Source of the DNA: Oligoflexales bacterium
GTDB taxonomy: Bacteria; Bdellovibrionota_B; Oligoflexia; Oligoflexales; CAIYRB01
Assembly: GCA_041736175.1 (NCBI GenBank)
Contig: JBGSUI010000136.1
Span: 1 to 63,047 of the forward strand
DNA: 63,047 bases
Direction of reading: 5' to 3'
Shown here: positions 38,764 to 47,716 of the stretch, one piece after another
How positions within the stretch are numbered: position 1 is the first letter of the stretch
Layout: each line of letters opens with the position of its first letter
Notes under the pieces: generated by a model
Told to the model about the DNA's origin: nothing
The model's database searches: none
The model's input: only the letters and a program-made list of their open reading frames with translations
Translations under genes and position numbers: made by a program

Positions 38764-39321
38764 TCATTGGACTTCCCATAGATCGACTGTTGGATTGAAG
38801 ACCCGAGGTTCGGGAGGGTGAGCCGGATGCTGAAAGGGCAACTGCCACCATCCCACGTCATACCAGGAGTTAAGTTTGTAGCCGACTTTCTGGTAAATAC
38901 CGATGCACTTAAAACCCATGGCCTCATGCAAACCCACACTGGGCTCATTCGGTAGAGTGATGCCCGCAAAGGCATTGGCATAGCCAAGCCGGGGCAGAAT
39001 CTGGAAGAGTTGCCTATAGAGCTTGCGCCCGATACCTAGCCGCCCATGACCCTGCCGCACATAAACGGCGACGTCCACAGACCAGCGATAGGCTTTCCGT
39101 GACCGGTGCTCGCAGGCATAAACGTAGCCGAGGATCTGCCCTTCGTCCTCAAAAACCAGCCACGGATATTGCTCTATGATTTGGGTCATACGAGCCTGCA
39201 TGTCCGCAATTGAGGGGCTTTCCAATTCAAAAGTGATGGGGGTATCCTTCACGTAAGGACCATAAATTTCTAGAAGCGCAGGCGCATCAGTCAGTCTCGC
39301 ACATCGTATGTTCTCACGCAT
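38764..39321 (-). CDS. GNAT acetyltransferase, Pat/YncA (phosphinothricin/arsinothricin acetyltransferase-like) family
   Basis: ITFE...P, YPWLV, RKAYRWS, AGITLPNEPSVGLHE..GF, VGYK...WYDVGWWQ. Confidence 0.9.
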   Translation of the reverse strand: MRENIRCARLTDAPALLEIYGPYVKDTPITFELESPSIADMQARMTQIIEQYPWLVFEDEGQILGYVYACEHRSRKAYRWSVDVAVYVRQGHGRLGIGRKLYRQLFQILPRLGYANAFAGITLPNEPSVGLHEAMGFKCIGIYQKVGYKLNSWYDVGWWQLPFQHPAHPPEPRVFNPTVDLWEVQ

Positions 39322-39424
39322 AGATCATTCTCGACGACAGAAAGTTTACGCCCCTGGACCTTTGGGCTCCCTAAATATGTGGCGCCCCCCTCTAGGAGCA
39401 TTTTTAGACTAGATTGGCGGATTC

Positions 39425-39934
39425 TTATTGAACGTCCTCAACTTTAACCCAGCAAGCAAACTTATAAGGATTAATCGGTATCGTATTCTTCATACAGTAA
39501 ATTTGGAATTTTTTATCACTAGATTGAAAATACTTGAGCTCAGCGCTTCGAGAGTTGTCATCTTTGAATTGCAAAAGCTCATAGAAGGTTTTTGAGTCAC
39601 TTTCAACAGGAAAGTACAAACCATTGATGTCCTTCTTGACGCTCACTTCACAGCTTCCACGATTGGGTTCCACAAAGGGAGGTATTACGGTGTGTTTGCA
39701 AAAAATACTAAACTCAGAGCCAGTTGTTTGGAACTCTTTTGAAAGATAGGTGCGGTCGATTGTTTTCTCTGGTAAACGAAGCGCATCCCACAGGGTATCT
39801 ACATCTTGGGGGTTAGAAAGTGTATACTTTTTGACCTCTGTCCTATCATTTGTCATCAAGATATTGCTGGGGTTTGACGACGTTCGTCCACAGGCCGAAA
39901 GGGCCAAAAACAGTGAATAAGTCATGAATTTCAT
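39425..39934 (-). CDS. Hypothetical lipoprotein with internal duplication
   Basis: Lipobox LSAC; two similar halves (LWDAL...KEFQT...FSIFCK and FYELL...KYFQS...FQIYCM). Confidence 0.65.
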   Translation of the reverse strand: MKFMTYSLFLALSACGRTSSNPSNILMTNDRTEVKKYTLSNPQDVDTLWDALRLPEKTIDRTYLSKEFQTTGSEFSIFCKHTVIPPFVEPNRGSCEVSVKKDINGLYFPVESDSKTFYELLQFKDDNSRSAELKYFQSSDKKFQIYCMKNTIPINPYKFACWVKVEDVQ

Positions 39935-40093
39935 AGGATAGCCTTTCGAAAGGATGGGTCTCAAGAGATCTTACCGATCTCTCCTGAGAGAGGCCCGTGC
40001 AAAATACATGCTTAAAGGTGTCTTGGTCAAGCACAGGCCGGACGGGGATGGTACGATAGATGCAGCGGCCACTGGCGCGCTGCCTGGCGACCT

Positions 40094-40912
40094 CTAAACA
40101 GAATGCTGTCCCTGCACAGTGCCAGGATTCTTCGTTATACCGCCACGAAACTGGGTTTCAATGACTGGGTTTCTTAAAACGTCGGCGTGCCCTTGGATGA
40201 TTTTTTGGCGCACCATCTCACTGTAAACCTCTATGGGCGCCTCTAGGGGAGGCGGGGGGATCGCTGGCAAGACCCTAAGGCGAACCTTTGCCGAAGTCCC
40301 GGGTATCAGGGATCCCTTTGCAAAAAGCTCCCCGGCACCATGGATGACGATAGGGACCACAGAGACCCCAGCACTTTGGGCCAACTTAAAGGCCCCGAGC
40401 TTAAAGGGCTTGATTTTTCCATCCATCGACCGAGTCCCCTCTGGAAAGAAAAACATAGGAAGCCCCATCGCCAATTTGACGGCACTTTGGCGCATGGCTT
40501 CGGCGCCACTTTCCCGGCTCTTGCGGTTCACAGGAACATAACCACACCATTTCATGGCAACCCCGATCATGGGCAGCCTAAACACCGTATCTTTGCTGAG
40601 CCAGCGAAACTGACACCCTAAATAGTACATAGCCCAGATGTCGGTCATACTCTCATGATTGGCCACCATCACCACTGGCACGCCTGGACCCGGTAGGTTT
40701 TCCCGCCCCTCAATGGCGATGCTCCACCCCGGCATAAGCTTCATGATGGTTTGGCCCCAGAGAATCGCGATCTTATGGATTGGACTCCCATCCTTAGGAA
40801 GAAACCCGAGAACCACCAATAGTTGGCAACAGAGGACCACCAGCCAAAGGATAAAAGTAACCGTGAAAGATGTGATCCAAAAATAAATAGCCCTCAAAAA
40901 TTTGATGTACAT
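40094..40912 (-). CDS. plsC: 1-acyl-sn-glycerol-3-phosphate acyltransferase
   Basis: NHESMTD, VPVNR, FPEGTRS, FKLGAF. Confidence 0.9.
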   Translation of the reverse strand: MYIKFLRAIYFWITSFTVTFILWLVVLCCQLLVVLGFLPKDGSPIHKIAILWGQTIMKLMPGWSIAIEGRENLPGPGVPVVMVANHESMTDIWAMYYLGCQFRWLSKDTVFRLPMIGVAMKWCGYVPVNRKSRESGAEAMRQSAVKLAMGLPMFFFPEGTRSMDGKIKPFKLGAFKLAQSAGVSVVPIVIHGAGELFAKGSLIPGTSAKVRLRVLPAIPPPPLEAPIEVYSEMVRQKIIQGHADVLRNPVIETQFRGGITKNPGTVQGQHSV

Positions 40913-40971
40913 CGCCTCTGCCCTTACCTCCAAGACTTTTGATGAATTGAAATAATTTTAATGAAATTAAT

Positions 40972-42279
40972 TTACGCAGAACCTCTTGGCACCGGTGAAT
41001 GCTCCAGATTCTGGCGGATATGTCCCACGATTTTAAGGGCAAGGTCCATTTTGCCAAGGACCTCGACCCCTCGCGAGATGTCTGGATGTTCATCGTGTCC
41101 CGCCTCGACCTCAAAAATCATGGCTCGGTGTCGCTGGTCGTCCACATCCTTGAGGTCGTTGACAACCATCATGCTGAGGCCGTAGCGCTTGATATAGGTT
41201 TGGGCAATCTCTCGAATGCGTTCTGGCTGCAATCCAACCTCGAGTTTAAACCCCACTTTGAGGGGCACCTGCACGGCGCCGATAATCTTTTCGGCCCGGC
41301 GCAGGTGAACATTTAGCGTCGGGTGGTCCTGGCTCGACAGTTTACCGGTGACCGCCTTTTCCGGAATAAAGTCTAAAACCGAAGCCGCAAAGACGCCCAC
41401 CTGGGCGCCCCCACGAACCGCTTGGCGCACGGCTGCTTCCATCTCGCCGTTGGTCAAAACTTGGGTGAGTTGAGTCGCCGATTTAGGTTGATGGGGACAG
41501 GGTCCCGAGATCACTTCGGTCTGAAAGCCTTGGCGGAAGAGTTCTTCGGCGACCAAGGAGCCAAGCTTGCCGCTAGAATAATTAGATAGATATCGCACCT
41601 CGTCGATAAAGCCCCTCGTGGTTCCCATCGTTATAAAGACGGAGGCCCCCTCCCGTTTCTGGCGGTTAAAGAGATGTCCTATCACATCGGCAGTGGACTC
41701 TGGGTCTGGAAACTTGTCCTTCCCCTCCTCATGGCGCGGAGCCAACCATTGAACACCAAACATTCTTAGTTTTTCGATATTTTGGACGACTGCAGGCGAT
41801 GTTTTTAAAGAACCATGCATCGTCGGCAGTAGCATGACAGGTTTGTTTTGTCCAAGATAAGAGGCTGCCAGGGCTAAGGCAGGACTATGGAGCATCCCTT
41901 GGGCCAGTCCACCGAGAAAATTGGCAGATGCCGGTGCAACGATACAGCCATCTCCCTGGGCAATATGGGAGGCTCCCCCTTCAAAGGCGGTCCGCACGGG
42001 GCGTGCTGCGGCCCATTCGAGGGCTAAGGGGGTCACAAACTGGCTGCCTCCTTGGGTAAGCCACGGGGTCACATCCGCTCCGAGGCGACGTAGCATGCGG
42101 ATAAGCTTGATACTTTCAACCGCAGCGATCGAACCCGAGACGATAAAGTCCAGTCGGATCCCACTCAGGGCATCGGACAGGCGGGATACTTGTAGGTCGG
42201 AGTCGTGGAGTCGATCAGCCATGGGAAGACTCTTTTGAGCTGGGGTCAAACCGCTCCCATCATGATCTTTGTTACCCAT
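40972..42279 (-). CDS. coaBC: Bifunctional phosphopantothenoylcysteine decarboxylase/synthetase
   Basis: SGSIAA, FVTPL, VAPASAN, IDEVRYLSNYSSGKLG, AASVLDF, VGFKLE, VVND. Confidence 0.9.
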   Translation of the reverse strand: MGNKDHDGSGLTPAQKSLPMADRLHDSDLQVSRLSDALSGIRLDFIVSGSIAAVESIKLIRMLRRLGADVTPWLTQGGSQFVTPLALEWAAARPVRTAFEGGASHIAQGDGCIVAPASANFLGGLAQGMLHSPALALAASYLGQNKPVMLLPTMHGSLKTSPAVVQNIEKLRMFGVQWLAPRHEEGKDKFPDPESTADVIGHLFNRQKREGASVFITMGTTRGFIDEVRYLSNYSSGKLGSLVAEELFRQGFQTEVISGPCPHQPKSATQLTQVLTNGEMEAAVRQAVRGGAQVGVFAASVLDFIPEKAVTGKLSSQDHPTLNVHLRRAEKIIGAVQVPLKVGFKLEVGLQPERIREIAQTYIKRYGLSMMVVNDLKDVDDQRHRAMIFEVEAGHDEHPDISRGVEVLGKMDLALKIVGHIRQNLEHSPVPRGSA

Positions 42280-42442
42280 CAAGCCTGCTCCCTCGTTGTA
42301 AAAAGACCTTTGAAAAGACCTTCGAACCGTTTTCCCATCTAGATCATTGGACGTTATCAAGGGTGAGGACTGACTACAACCTCGAATCGAATCCTAGGTA
42401 CGGGGGAGCGGGGAAGCGGGGGAGCCGGGGAAATCCAAAACA

Positions 42443-42482
42443 AAAAAAGCCCCGTCGTTTTGAGGCGCCTTCGGCTTTTTTG
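42443..42482 (-). terminator. Probable terminator after the small basic ORF
   Basis: AAAAAAGCC...GGCTTTTTT inverted repeat with a long loop, A/T runs on both sides. Confidence 0.55.
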
Positions 42483-42514
42483 GAATCACTGAAAATCAGT
42501 TGTAAAAAGGAATC

Positions 42515-42685
42515 CTAGGAGTTTTTTAAGCGGGCTTTTTGGGCCACTTCATTAGCATTAGGTTTATTCAAAGGCAATGATAAGGCCGTCGTTCCCAGTC
42601 GACGAACTTTATTTTTGCGAGCTTTACCTGCTTTGATCGCTTTTGCAGCAGCGCGCTTGTTATGCTTATCTGTAGGTGAAGTCAT
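42515..42685 (-). CDS. Small Lys/Arg-rich protein (56 aa)
   Basis: MTSPTDKHNKRAAAKAIKAGKARKNKVRRLGTT...; GGAG RBS and own terminator. Confidence 0.7.
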   Translation of the reverse strand: MTSPTDKHNKRAAAKAIKAGKARKNKVRRLGTTALSLPLNKPNANEVAQKARLKNS

Positions 42686-42994
42686 GGTTCGAATCTCCGG
42701 TCTGTCTTTTACGATTTTTACGGAACAAAACACCCTGTTTGGGATCAAGGAGGATCACAATCAAGGGATGGTCCCACGATAAGGGAGACATTATTAGTGT
42801 TTAAGAGATGTTTTAGCAACTGTTTTTGTGATTTGCACCCTCCTATCGCAACTCTTCTCCAAAATCAGCTAGGTTTGAGATAGCAAAGAGTCTACTAATA
42901 ATAGAGGAATGTGGTTCGACGCTGCCTGCCGCTACGAGCCCTTTCAAACGTATTTATATGAGTCCTTTAACTCAAATTTTTATTGAGGAATCCA

Positions 42995-43711
42995 ATGCCT
43001 ACAAACATCCTTATCAAGCCTCTGACCGTCGGCACCCTTTTAGCCGCACTCTCACAGCCAGTTCTGGCTGCTGCTGACAAAGGAACTAAAACAGATATGC
43101 TGCAACCGGAAGAAGTGCCACTCACCACACCCAATGCTGCTCCTAACAACCAAAATGGGTTTTATCTAGGCGCCAACGTAGGATTTGGGCAAGGGCGCAC
43201 CACAGAGTCTAGCTCTAGTCCTGGAACAGCTCTTTTTACCCGCTTCGAACCAGGCTACCAGATTGGACTCAGCAGCTGGCATCGGATCGAACTCAGTGGG
43301 GAGCTCCTCACTGGGAGTACAAGTTTTCGAAACTCCTCGGGAAATTTTAGTGGTAAATACAACTTTGATATCCAATATGGCTTTTTGGCAAAAATCGGTT
43401 ACGGCTACTCCCTCGGGACCCGACTTTACGGAATCGCCAAGGTTGGCGCTGGAGCTATGGTGGGTACCCTAAGCACCCAGGCCAATGGGGAGACGGTCAA
43501 ATCCGATGCAACCACGGGAAACGCTCTTTTTCTGGGATGGTCCATGATCGTACCGGTCTCCAGCGCTGTCGACCTGACAGGGGGCATCAGCCTGACCCAT
43601 GCCCAGTTTGATGTAGGGACCCTTAAAGCCGGCCAAGCTTCCTACCAATACGGACGAAGCGTCCTCGTCAACAATCCTACCATCGATCTGGGAGTTAGGT
43701 TGCGCCTTTAG
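42995..43711 (+). CDS. Outer-membrane beta-barrel protein (OmpA/OmpW-like)
   Basis: Signal peptide, GFYLGANVG, alternating strands, terminal LGVRLRL. Confidence 0.75.
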   Translation: MPTNILIKPLTVGTLLAALSQPVLAAADKGTKTDMLQPEEVPLTTPNAAPNNQNGFYLGANVGFGQGRTTESSSSPGTALFTRFEPGYQIGLSSWHRIELSGELLTGSTSFRNSSGNFSGKYNFDIQYGFLAKIGYGYSLGTRLYGIAKVGAGAMVGTLSTQANGETVKSDATTGNALFLGWSMIVPVSSAVDLTGGISLTHAQFDVGTLKAGQASYQYGRSVLVNNPTIDLGVRLRL

Positions 43712-43780
43712 ACCATCCTTTCTCATCGGTTTTTCCGCTACAATAGAGGGAGAGAGACAGTCGTCCACTTAGGAGAATCT

Positions 43781-44386
43781 ATGGCTCGATTTCAACAGGT
43801 GCCCCTTAGGGTGCCCCTTAAGCTTGGGATGTTTCTCATTTTAACCGGCACGTTAGGGCTAGGAGGCTGCAAGAAAAAAAACTCCACTGACGGGGGACTC
43901 CTGGACGAACCGCCTCAATCTGACACCACCTCAGCGCAACTCACGACAGCCGGCTCCTCCAAGTCCGAGGGTCCCGTCGGTGAGTGGAAGCTTCAGTGCC
44001 AACCTTTAGAAGACCCTAAGGACCCACGGATCTACACGATTGAACTCAGTGGCGCGTTGAGCGAAACCGATGAAAATCAACCCATCAAGATCAGTATTTC
44101 TAAATCAGAACGGACCCCAAGCAGCCCTCCAAGCTCCCCCCCTGGCTCCCCTGGCTCCCCTGGCTCCCCCGCCCAGAACGCAACTTCGCGGATGATAGCC
44201 TCGATGGAACCGGGACGAGGTGCTATCGCTCCTGAGGGAAACCTCTTTATGGGTTTTGCCGGCGGGGCCCTAACGGGTCAGTATCTGCCGAGCACCAAAA
44301 AATATGAAGCCCTCCTCACCCTGGTCCAAGACGAAGATGTTTCGGGGCTAGGGGTCACCTGTGAGGTCTTACAACGAAGGCCCTAA
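43781..44386 (+). CDS. Hypothetical lipoprotein
   Basis: Lipobox LGGC followed by KKK; PGS tandem repeat. Confidence 0.7.
   Translation: MARFQQVPLRVPLKLGMFLILTGTLGLGGCKKKNSTDGGLLDEPPQSDTTSAQLTTAGSSKSEGPVGEWKLQCQPLEDPKDPRIYTIELSGALSETDENQPIKISISKSERTPSSPPSSPPGSPGSPGSPAQNATSRMIASMEPGRGAIAPEGNLFMGFAGGALTGQYLPSTKKYEALLTLVQDEDVSGLGVTCEVLQRRP
44141..44169 (+). repeat. In-frame 9-bp tandem repeat (CCTGGCTCC)x3 encoding PGS
   Basis: cctggctcc cctggctcc cctggctcc, preceded by ccaagcagc cctccaagc-type degenerate units. Confidence 0.85.
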
Positions 44387-44952
44387 GACATAGGGGCCGC
44401 GGGCTCGTTGAGTTTTTCGAGTATAAAATAGGAGGGAACCGATTTGGGAGTCTCTTTAACCCCCTCGCTTAGGGCCGCAAGGTTGGAGGCTTGGGTCACC
44501 GGGCGGAAACCAAATCGCATAAAGAGCTTTTGCGCATTTTCCATCTTAGGGGTTGTTTCCAAGTAGAGGCTTCGATAGCCGAGAGCTTTTGCTTCTTCCA
44601 CACACCGCTTGAGCAGCCTCACCCCAAGCCCTCGACCACGATAGGCTAAATCTAAGACCAAATCGCGCACTTCTCCAAGCCCTTCGGAGGGAGGGAGGCC
44701 GTGGAGAGACCCAATCCCTGCCCCACCGATACACAGATGAGAGGAAGCAGCCTCTGGCGAGGCGTCTTTAAGGACAAAGTAACGGGATCCCTCACTTTGA
44801 TAGACGTAGAGGAGATTATTAAGCCGGCGAAACGTCGAAGCGATCACCGCTCCCGCTTCGTCATACCCTTCGAGGTTTCGTCGGATGAGTTCCTTTACCG
44901 CAGCCTCTGTATCCCCTGTGATCTCTTCGATAACAAACTGATCAAGTGTCAT
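44383..44952 (-). CDS. GNAT acetyltransferase
   Basis: IGGAGI, YRGRGLG..LL, LGYRSLYLET, AQKLFMRFGF. Confidence 0.85.
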   Translation of the reverse strand: MTLDQFVIEEITGDTEAAVKELIRRNLEGYDEAGAVIASTFRRLNNLLYVYQSEGSRYFVLKDASPEAASSHLCIGGAGIGSLHGLPPSEGLGEVRDLVLDLAYRGRGLGVRLLKRCVEEAKALGYRSLYLETTPKMENAQKLFMRFGFRPVTQASNLAALSEGVKETPKSVPSYFILEKLNEPAAPMS

Positions 44953-45105
44953 TGCGAAGTCCCTTTTGCTCCGTTGTGCTCGTCGCAATGGCCTCTGTTT
45001 GTTCGCAATCCACCTGGATGTGGATTGGGCCGCTGATACCAACATCATGACGTAGGTTTGATCCCTACGCAATCACGAAAGGCTTCACTGCTCTTTAACC
45101 ACAGC

Positions 45106-45783
45106 CTAATCCTTGAACTCACTGATAGGCTGTGAGACCTGGGTATTGGAAATCCCAGCGATATCTTGAGTTGTAAATTGGCTTGGTGGCTGACTTGTCG
45201 CCGGTAGATCACCCCCATCAATCTTCATGGCATCGCTGATTTCATCCCAGGTCTTTTTGCGGCGATAAAACGTATAAAGGGCAAAGAGGCCGATAACGCC
45301 GCCGACTCCACCGAGAGCATAGACGACAGGACTGACACCTCCTTCACCATGAGCAGCCGCTTCTGCAGGAACCGTTGGTGTCGCAGGAGTCGCTGCGGTT
45401 TGGGGTACAGGAGCAGATGGAGACGGGTCCGCGGGCAATCCCGAAGCTGGAGGATTGCCATCAGTCGGGGAGGGCGCCACGGCACTTGATGCTCCTGTGG
45501 GAGGTGCTGCCGTTGCCGCGTCAGGGGAAGTAGCCGCGCTCGCTGGTTGGTCTTTTTGTGGTTCATTGGGCGCAAGAGGTGGAGGACTGCTTGCTCCGCC
45601 AGGTGCCTCCATTTTGGTTCCGCCTCCTTGAACAGGAGCAGCTGCACTGTCTACGGGAACCTCATCGAAGACATCGGCACCTCCATCCTCTTCGACGACA
45701 GCCCCATCATCTTGGGCCATAAGCAAAGGTCCAGAAGTCATAAACGCAATACTTACCTTGCAGATCATTCCTAGCAACAACAT
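45106..45783 (-). CDS. Pro/Ala-rich low-complexity exported protein with C-terminal TM anchor
   Basis: Signal-like N-terminus, disordered PA-rich stalk, TM then RRKK. Confidence 0.65.
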   Translation of the reverse strand: MLLLGMICKVSIAFMTSGPLLMAQDDGAVVEEDGGADVFDEVPVDSAAAPVQGGGTKMEAPGGASSPPPLAPNEPQKDQPASAATSPDAATAAPPTGASSAVAPSPTDGNPPASGLPADPSPSAPVPQTAATPATPTVPAEAAAHGEGGVSPVVYALGGVGGVIGLFALYTFYRRKKTWDEISDAMKIDGGDLPATSQPPSQFTTQDIAGISNTQVSQPISEFKD

Positions 45784-46045
45784 CCAGTGCCTCCCCTGAT
45801 TTCTCCTCTATTGTAACCCGGAAGACCCTGTTCTAGGTAACATATTTGACTTGCGTTTTTTACCAATCACGCCATGATGGAGGTTAGCCTTATAAAACAT
45901 GAGTCCGTATTCTCCTCGGTTATAGTGGACTTTTGCCAAGAGTTTTCAAAAGCTAAAAATTTTTTGCCAGTCGATTGACAGCTATCTTGTGGCAGAGTAA
46001 GCACTGCAAATCTGGAGTTCAGCAAAATTCAGAAAGGAATCCATC

Positions 46046-46699
46046 ATGTCTAGACTTTTAGGTTCGACTCTTGCGTTTGGTCTAGTAGCAGCAAGTCTAC
46101 CTTCCTTAGGTGCTGAGGTCAGCGTCCTGAGCGGACTCTACAAAAAAGAATCTTCGGATAACAATGGCCAGAGTGGTGGCGACAAGTCGTCGATCCAAGT
46201 GGGTGGTCGGTATTCAGACGCCCTCTCGGTCCAGCTTCATTGGTATGCTCAAGCAGATTTAACCCTCGACTCCTATGGCGAAAATGCTGCCGGAGTGGCT
46301 CCCTCAAATGCGACCAGCCTTAATCTTGGGGGCGGGGTTCGACACTACTTTGGAAAGATCGGCGAAAACTTTGCCACCTATGCCCGCGGGGGTGGTGCTT
46401 ATAAAAGTGAGAAAATCGGAAGTTTTACGGCAAATTCTGCTAGCTCTATCGAACGAAACGGCCTATATTACGGAGCTGGTTTTGGAATTCGGCTCTACTT
46501 AGGGACCAAATTCTTTTGTGATTTCGAAGCACCCTTATTTGAAAGCGCCTTGTTTGCCACGGAAACAGAAATCACGGAGACCTCAGCCGCAGCAGGTGCC
46601 ACCGTAACGAATGAGCGAGAAACCAAGAAAACAGAGCTCTTTGCAACATCGGAAGGCTCCCTTAACAAAGTCATTGTCTCTCTCGGATTAAAGATTTGA
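46046..46699 (+). CDS. Outer-membrane beta-barrel protein
   Basis: Signal peptide, GGGVRHYF, YGAGFGIRLYL, terminal VSLGLKI; AAGGA RBS. Confidence 0.75.
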   Translation: MSRLLGSTLAFGLVAASLPSLGAEVSVLSGLYKKESSDNNGQSGGDKSSIQVGGRYSDALSVQLHWYAQADLTLDSYGENAAGVAPSNATSLNLGGGVRHYFGKIGENFATYARGGGAYKSEKIGSFTANSASSIERNGLYYGAGFGIRLYLGTKFFCDFEAPLFESALFATETEITETSAAAGATVTNERETKKTELFATSEGSLNKVIVSLGLKI

Positions 46700-46759
46700 A
46701 TCTCAAAAAAGCAGTGTGATAGTTATAACTTATCTTGATTGGTCAAAAAGGATCCTAGC

Positions 46760-46879
46760 ATGAAACGAGGAACACGCCCCGCACGCAACCGACGCAAATC
46801 CGCCCGCTACCGCGCCAACAAAAAACTGCGAATCCAACGTCGCCGTAATAAGTCACCCCATGTGACTAAAAAATACTAA
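46760..46879 (+). CDS. Small Arg/Lys-rich protein (39 aa), below the ORF-track cutoff
   Basis: MKRGTRPARNRRKSARYRANKKLRIQRRRNKSPHVTKKY; AAGGA 7 nt before ATG; strong terminator follows. Confidence 0.65.
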   Translation: MKRGTRPARNRRKSARYRANKKLRIQRRRNKSPHVTKKY

Positions 46880-46907
46880 GGAAAAAGACTAAGGACAACG
46901 AAATCAA

Positions 46908-46961
46908 AAAAAAGAGAACTCCTACGATCCTCTGATAGGGATCGTAGGAGTTCTCTTTTTT
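46908..46961. terminator. Bidirectional terminator, perfect 23-bp stem
   Basis: AAAAAAGAGAACTCCTACGATCC - 8-nt loop - GGATCGTAGGAGTTCTCTTTTTT between convergent genes. Confidence 0.9.
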
Positions 46962-47030
46962 CTCTTAACCAAAATTTTTAATCACCCAAAAAATCCGCGA
47001 AGATTTTCTTGGGTGGTTGGGTATTGAGAT

Positions 47031-47381
47031 CTAGGGTCTTGGAATCAGAACGCCTGACTTACGTGCAAAGCGAACCTTATCTTCACCGTCCATCCTAAGG
47101 CCAATTTTTGTGGCTTTTTTGGTACTTGGATCGACGACGGCCACGTTGCTGATATGCAAGGAGGCCGGCTTTTCGAGGATACCGCCGTCGGATTTTTCCG
47201 TGGCTTTAGTGTGTTTTAAGTTAAAGTTTTTGCCCTCTAGGAAGACCCGGCTTTTTTTCCGGTCGATGCGGTCAATTTTAGCGACCACTCCACGGGACTT
47301 TCCCGTGAGAACAACGACTTCGTCGCCCTTGCGAAGCTTTGTCTTACACTCGTGTTTTGGATCAAATTGTTTGAGTCCCAT
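47031..47381 (-). CDS. rplX: 50S ribosomal protein uL24
   Basis: KLRKGDEVVVLTGK (KOW), VFLEGKN..KH.K, GGILEKPASLHISNVAVVDP, KVRFARKSG. Confidence 0.93.
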   Translation of the reverse strand: MGLKQFDPKHECKTKLRKGDEVVVLTGKSRGVVAKIDRIDRKKSRVFLEGKNFNLKHTKATEKSDGGILEKPASLHISNVAVVDPSTKKATKIGLRMDGEDKVRFARKSGVLIPRP

Positions 47382-47414
47382 TGATACTTCTCCCTACGCC
47401 TCTTTTTTTAACCC

Positions 47415-47456
47415 ACATCGTAGTCTACATCGTAACGTACATCGTAGCCTACATCG
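47415..47456. repeat. Four ACATCG units at 12-bp period upstream of rplX
   Basis: ACATCG at 47415, 47427, 47439, 47451 with spacers TAGTCT, TAACGT, TAGCCT. Confidence 0.85.
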
Positions 47457-47716
47457 CTGCTGGATCGTCACAAAGCTCGAACCTTACGCTTGAGCAAACG
47501 AATGGACTTATTTAATAGATGCATCCAGGGCAGTCAAGCTGATTTAGGTCGAGCGTCCGCGGATGCACACGTCTAAACGCCTCCTTAAGACATGGGCTTA
47601 CGAATGGATCTTGATTTATAAAATTTTTAATAAAATCTTTGCGTTGCATCTAATAAGGGAGCATGGTAAAACCAATCTTGCCCGCTGAATTTTAAGGACC
47701 CCTGTGAGGAGATTTT

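Noticed and set aside
47415..47456. Periodic repeats as a mini-CRISPR array
   Set aside because: Six-bp units with six-bp spacers are far too short and no cas genes are present.
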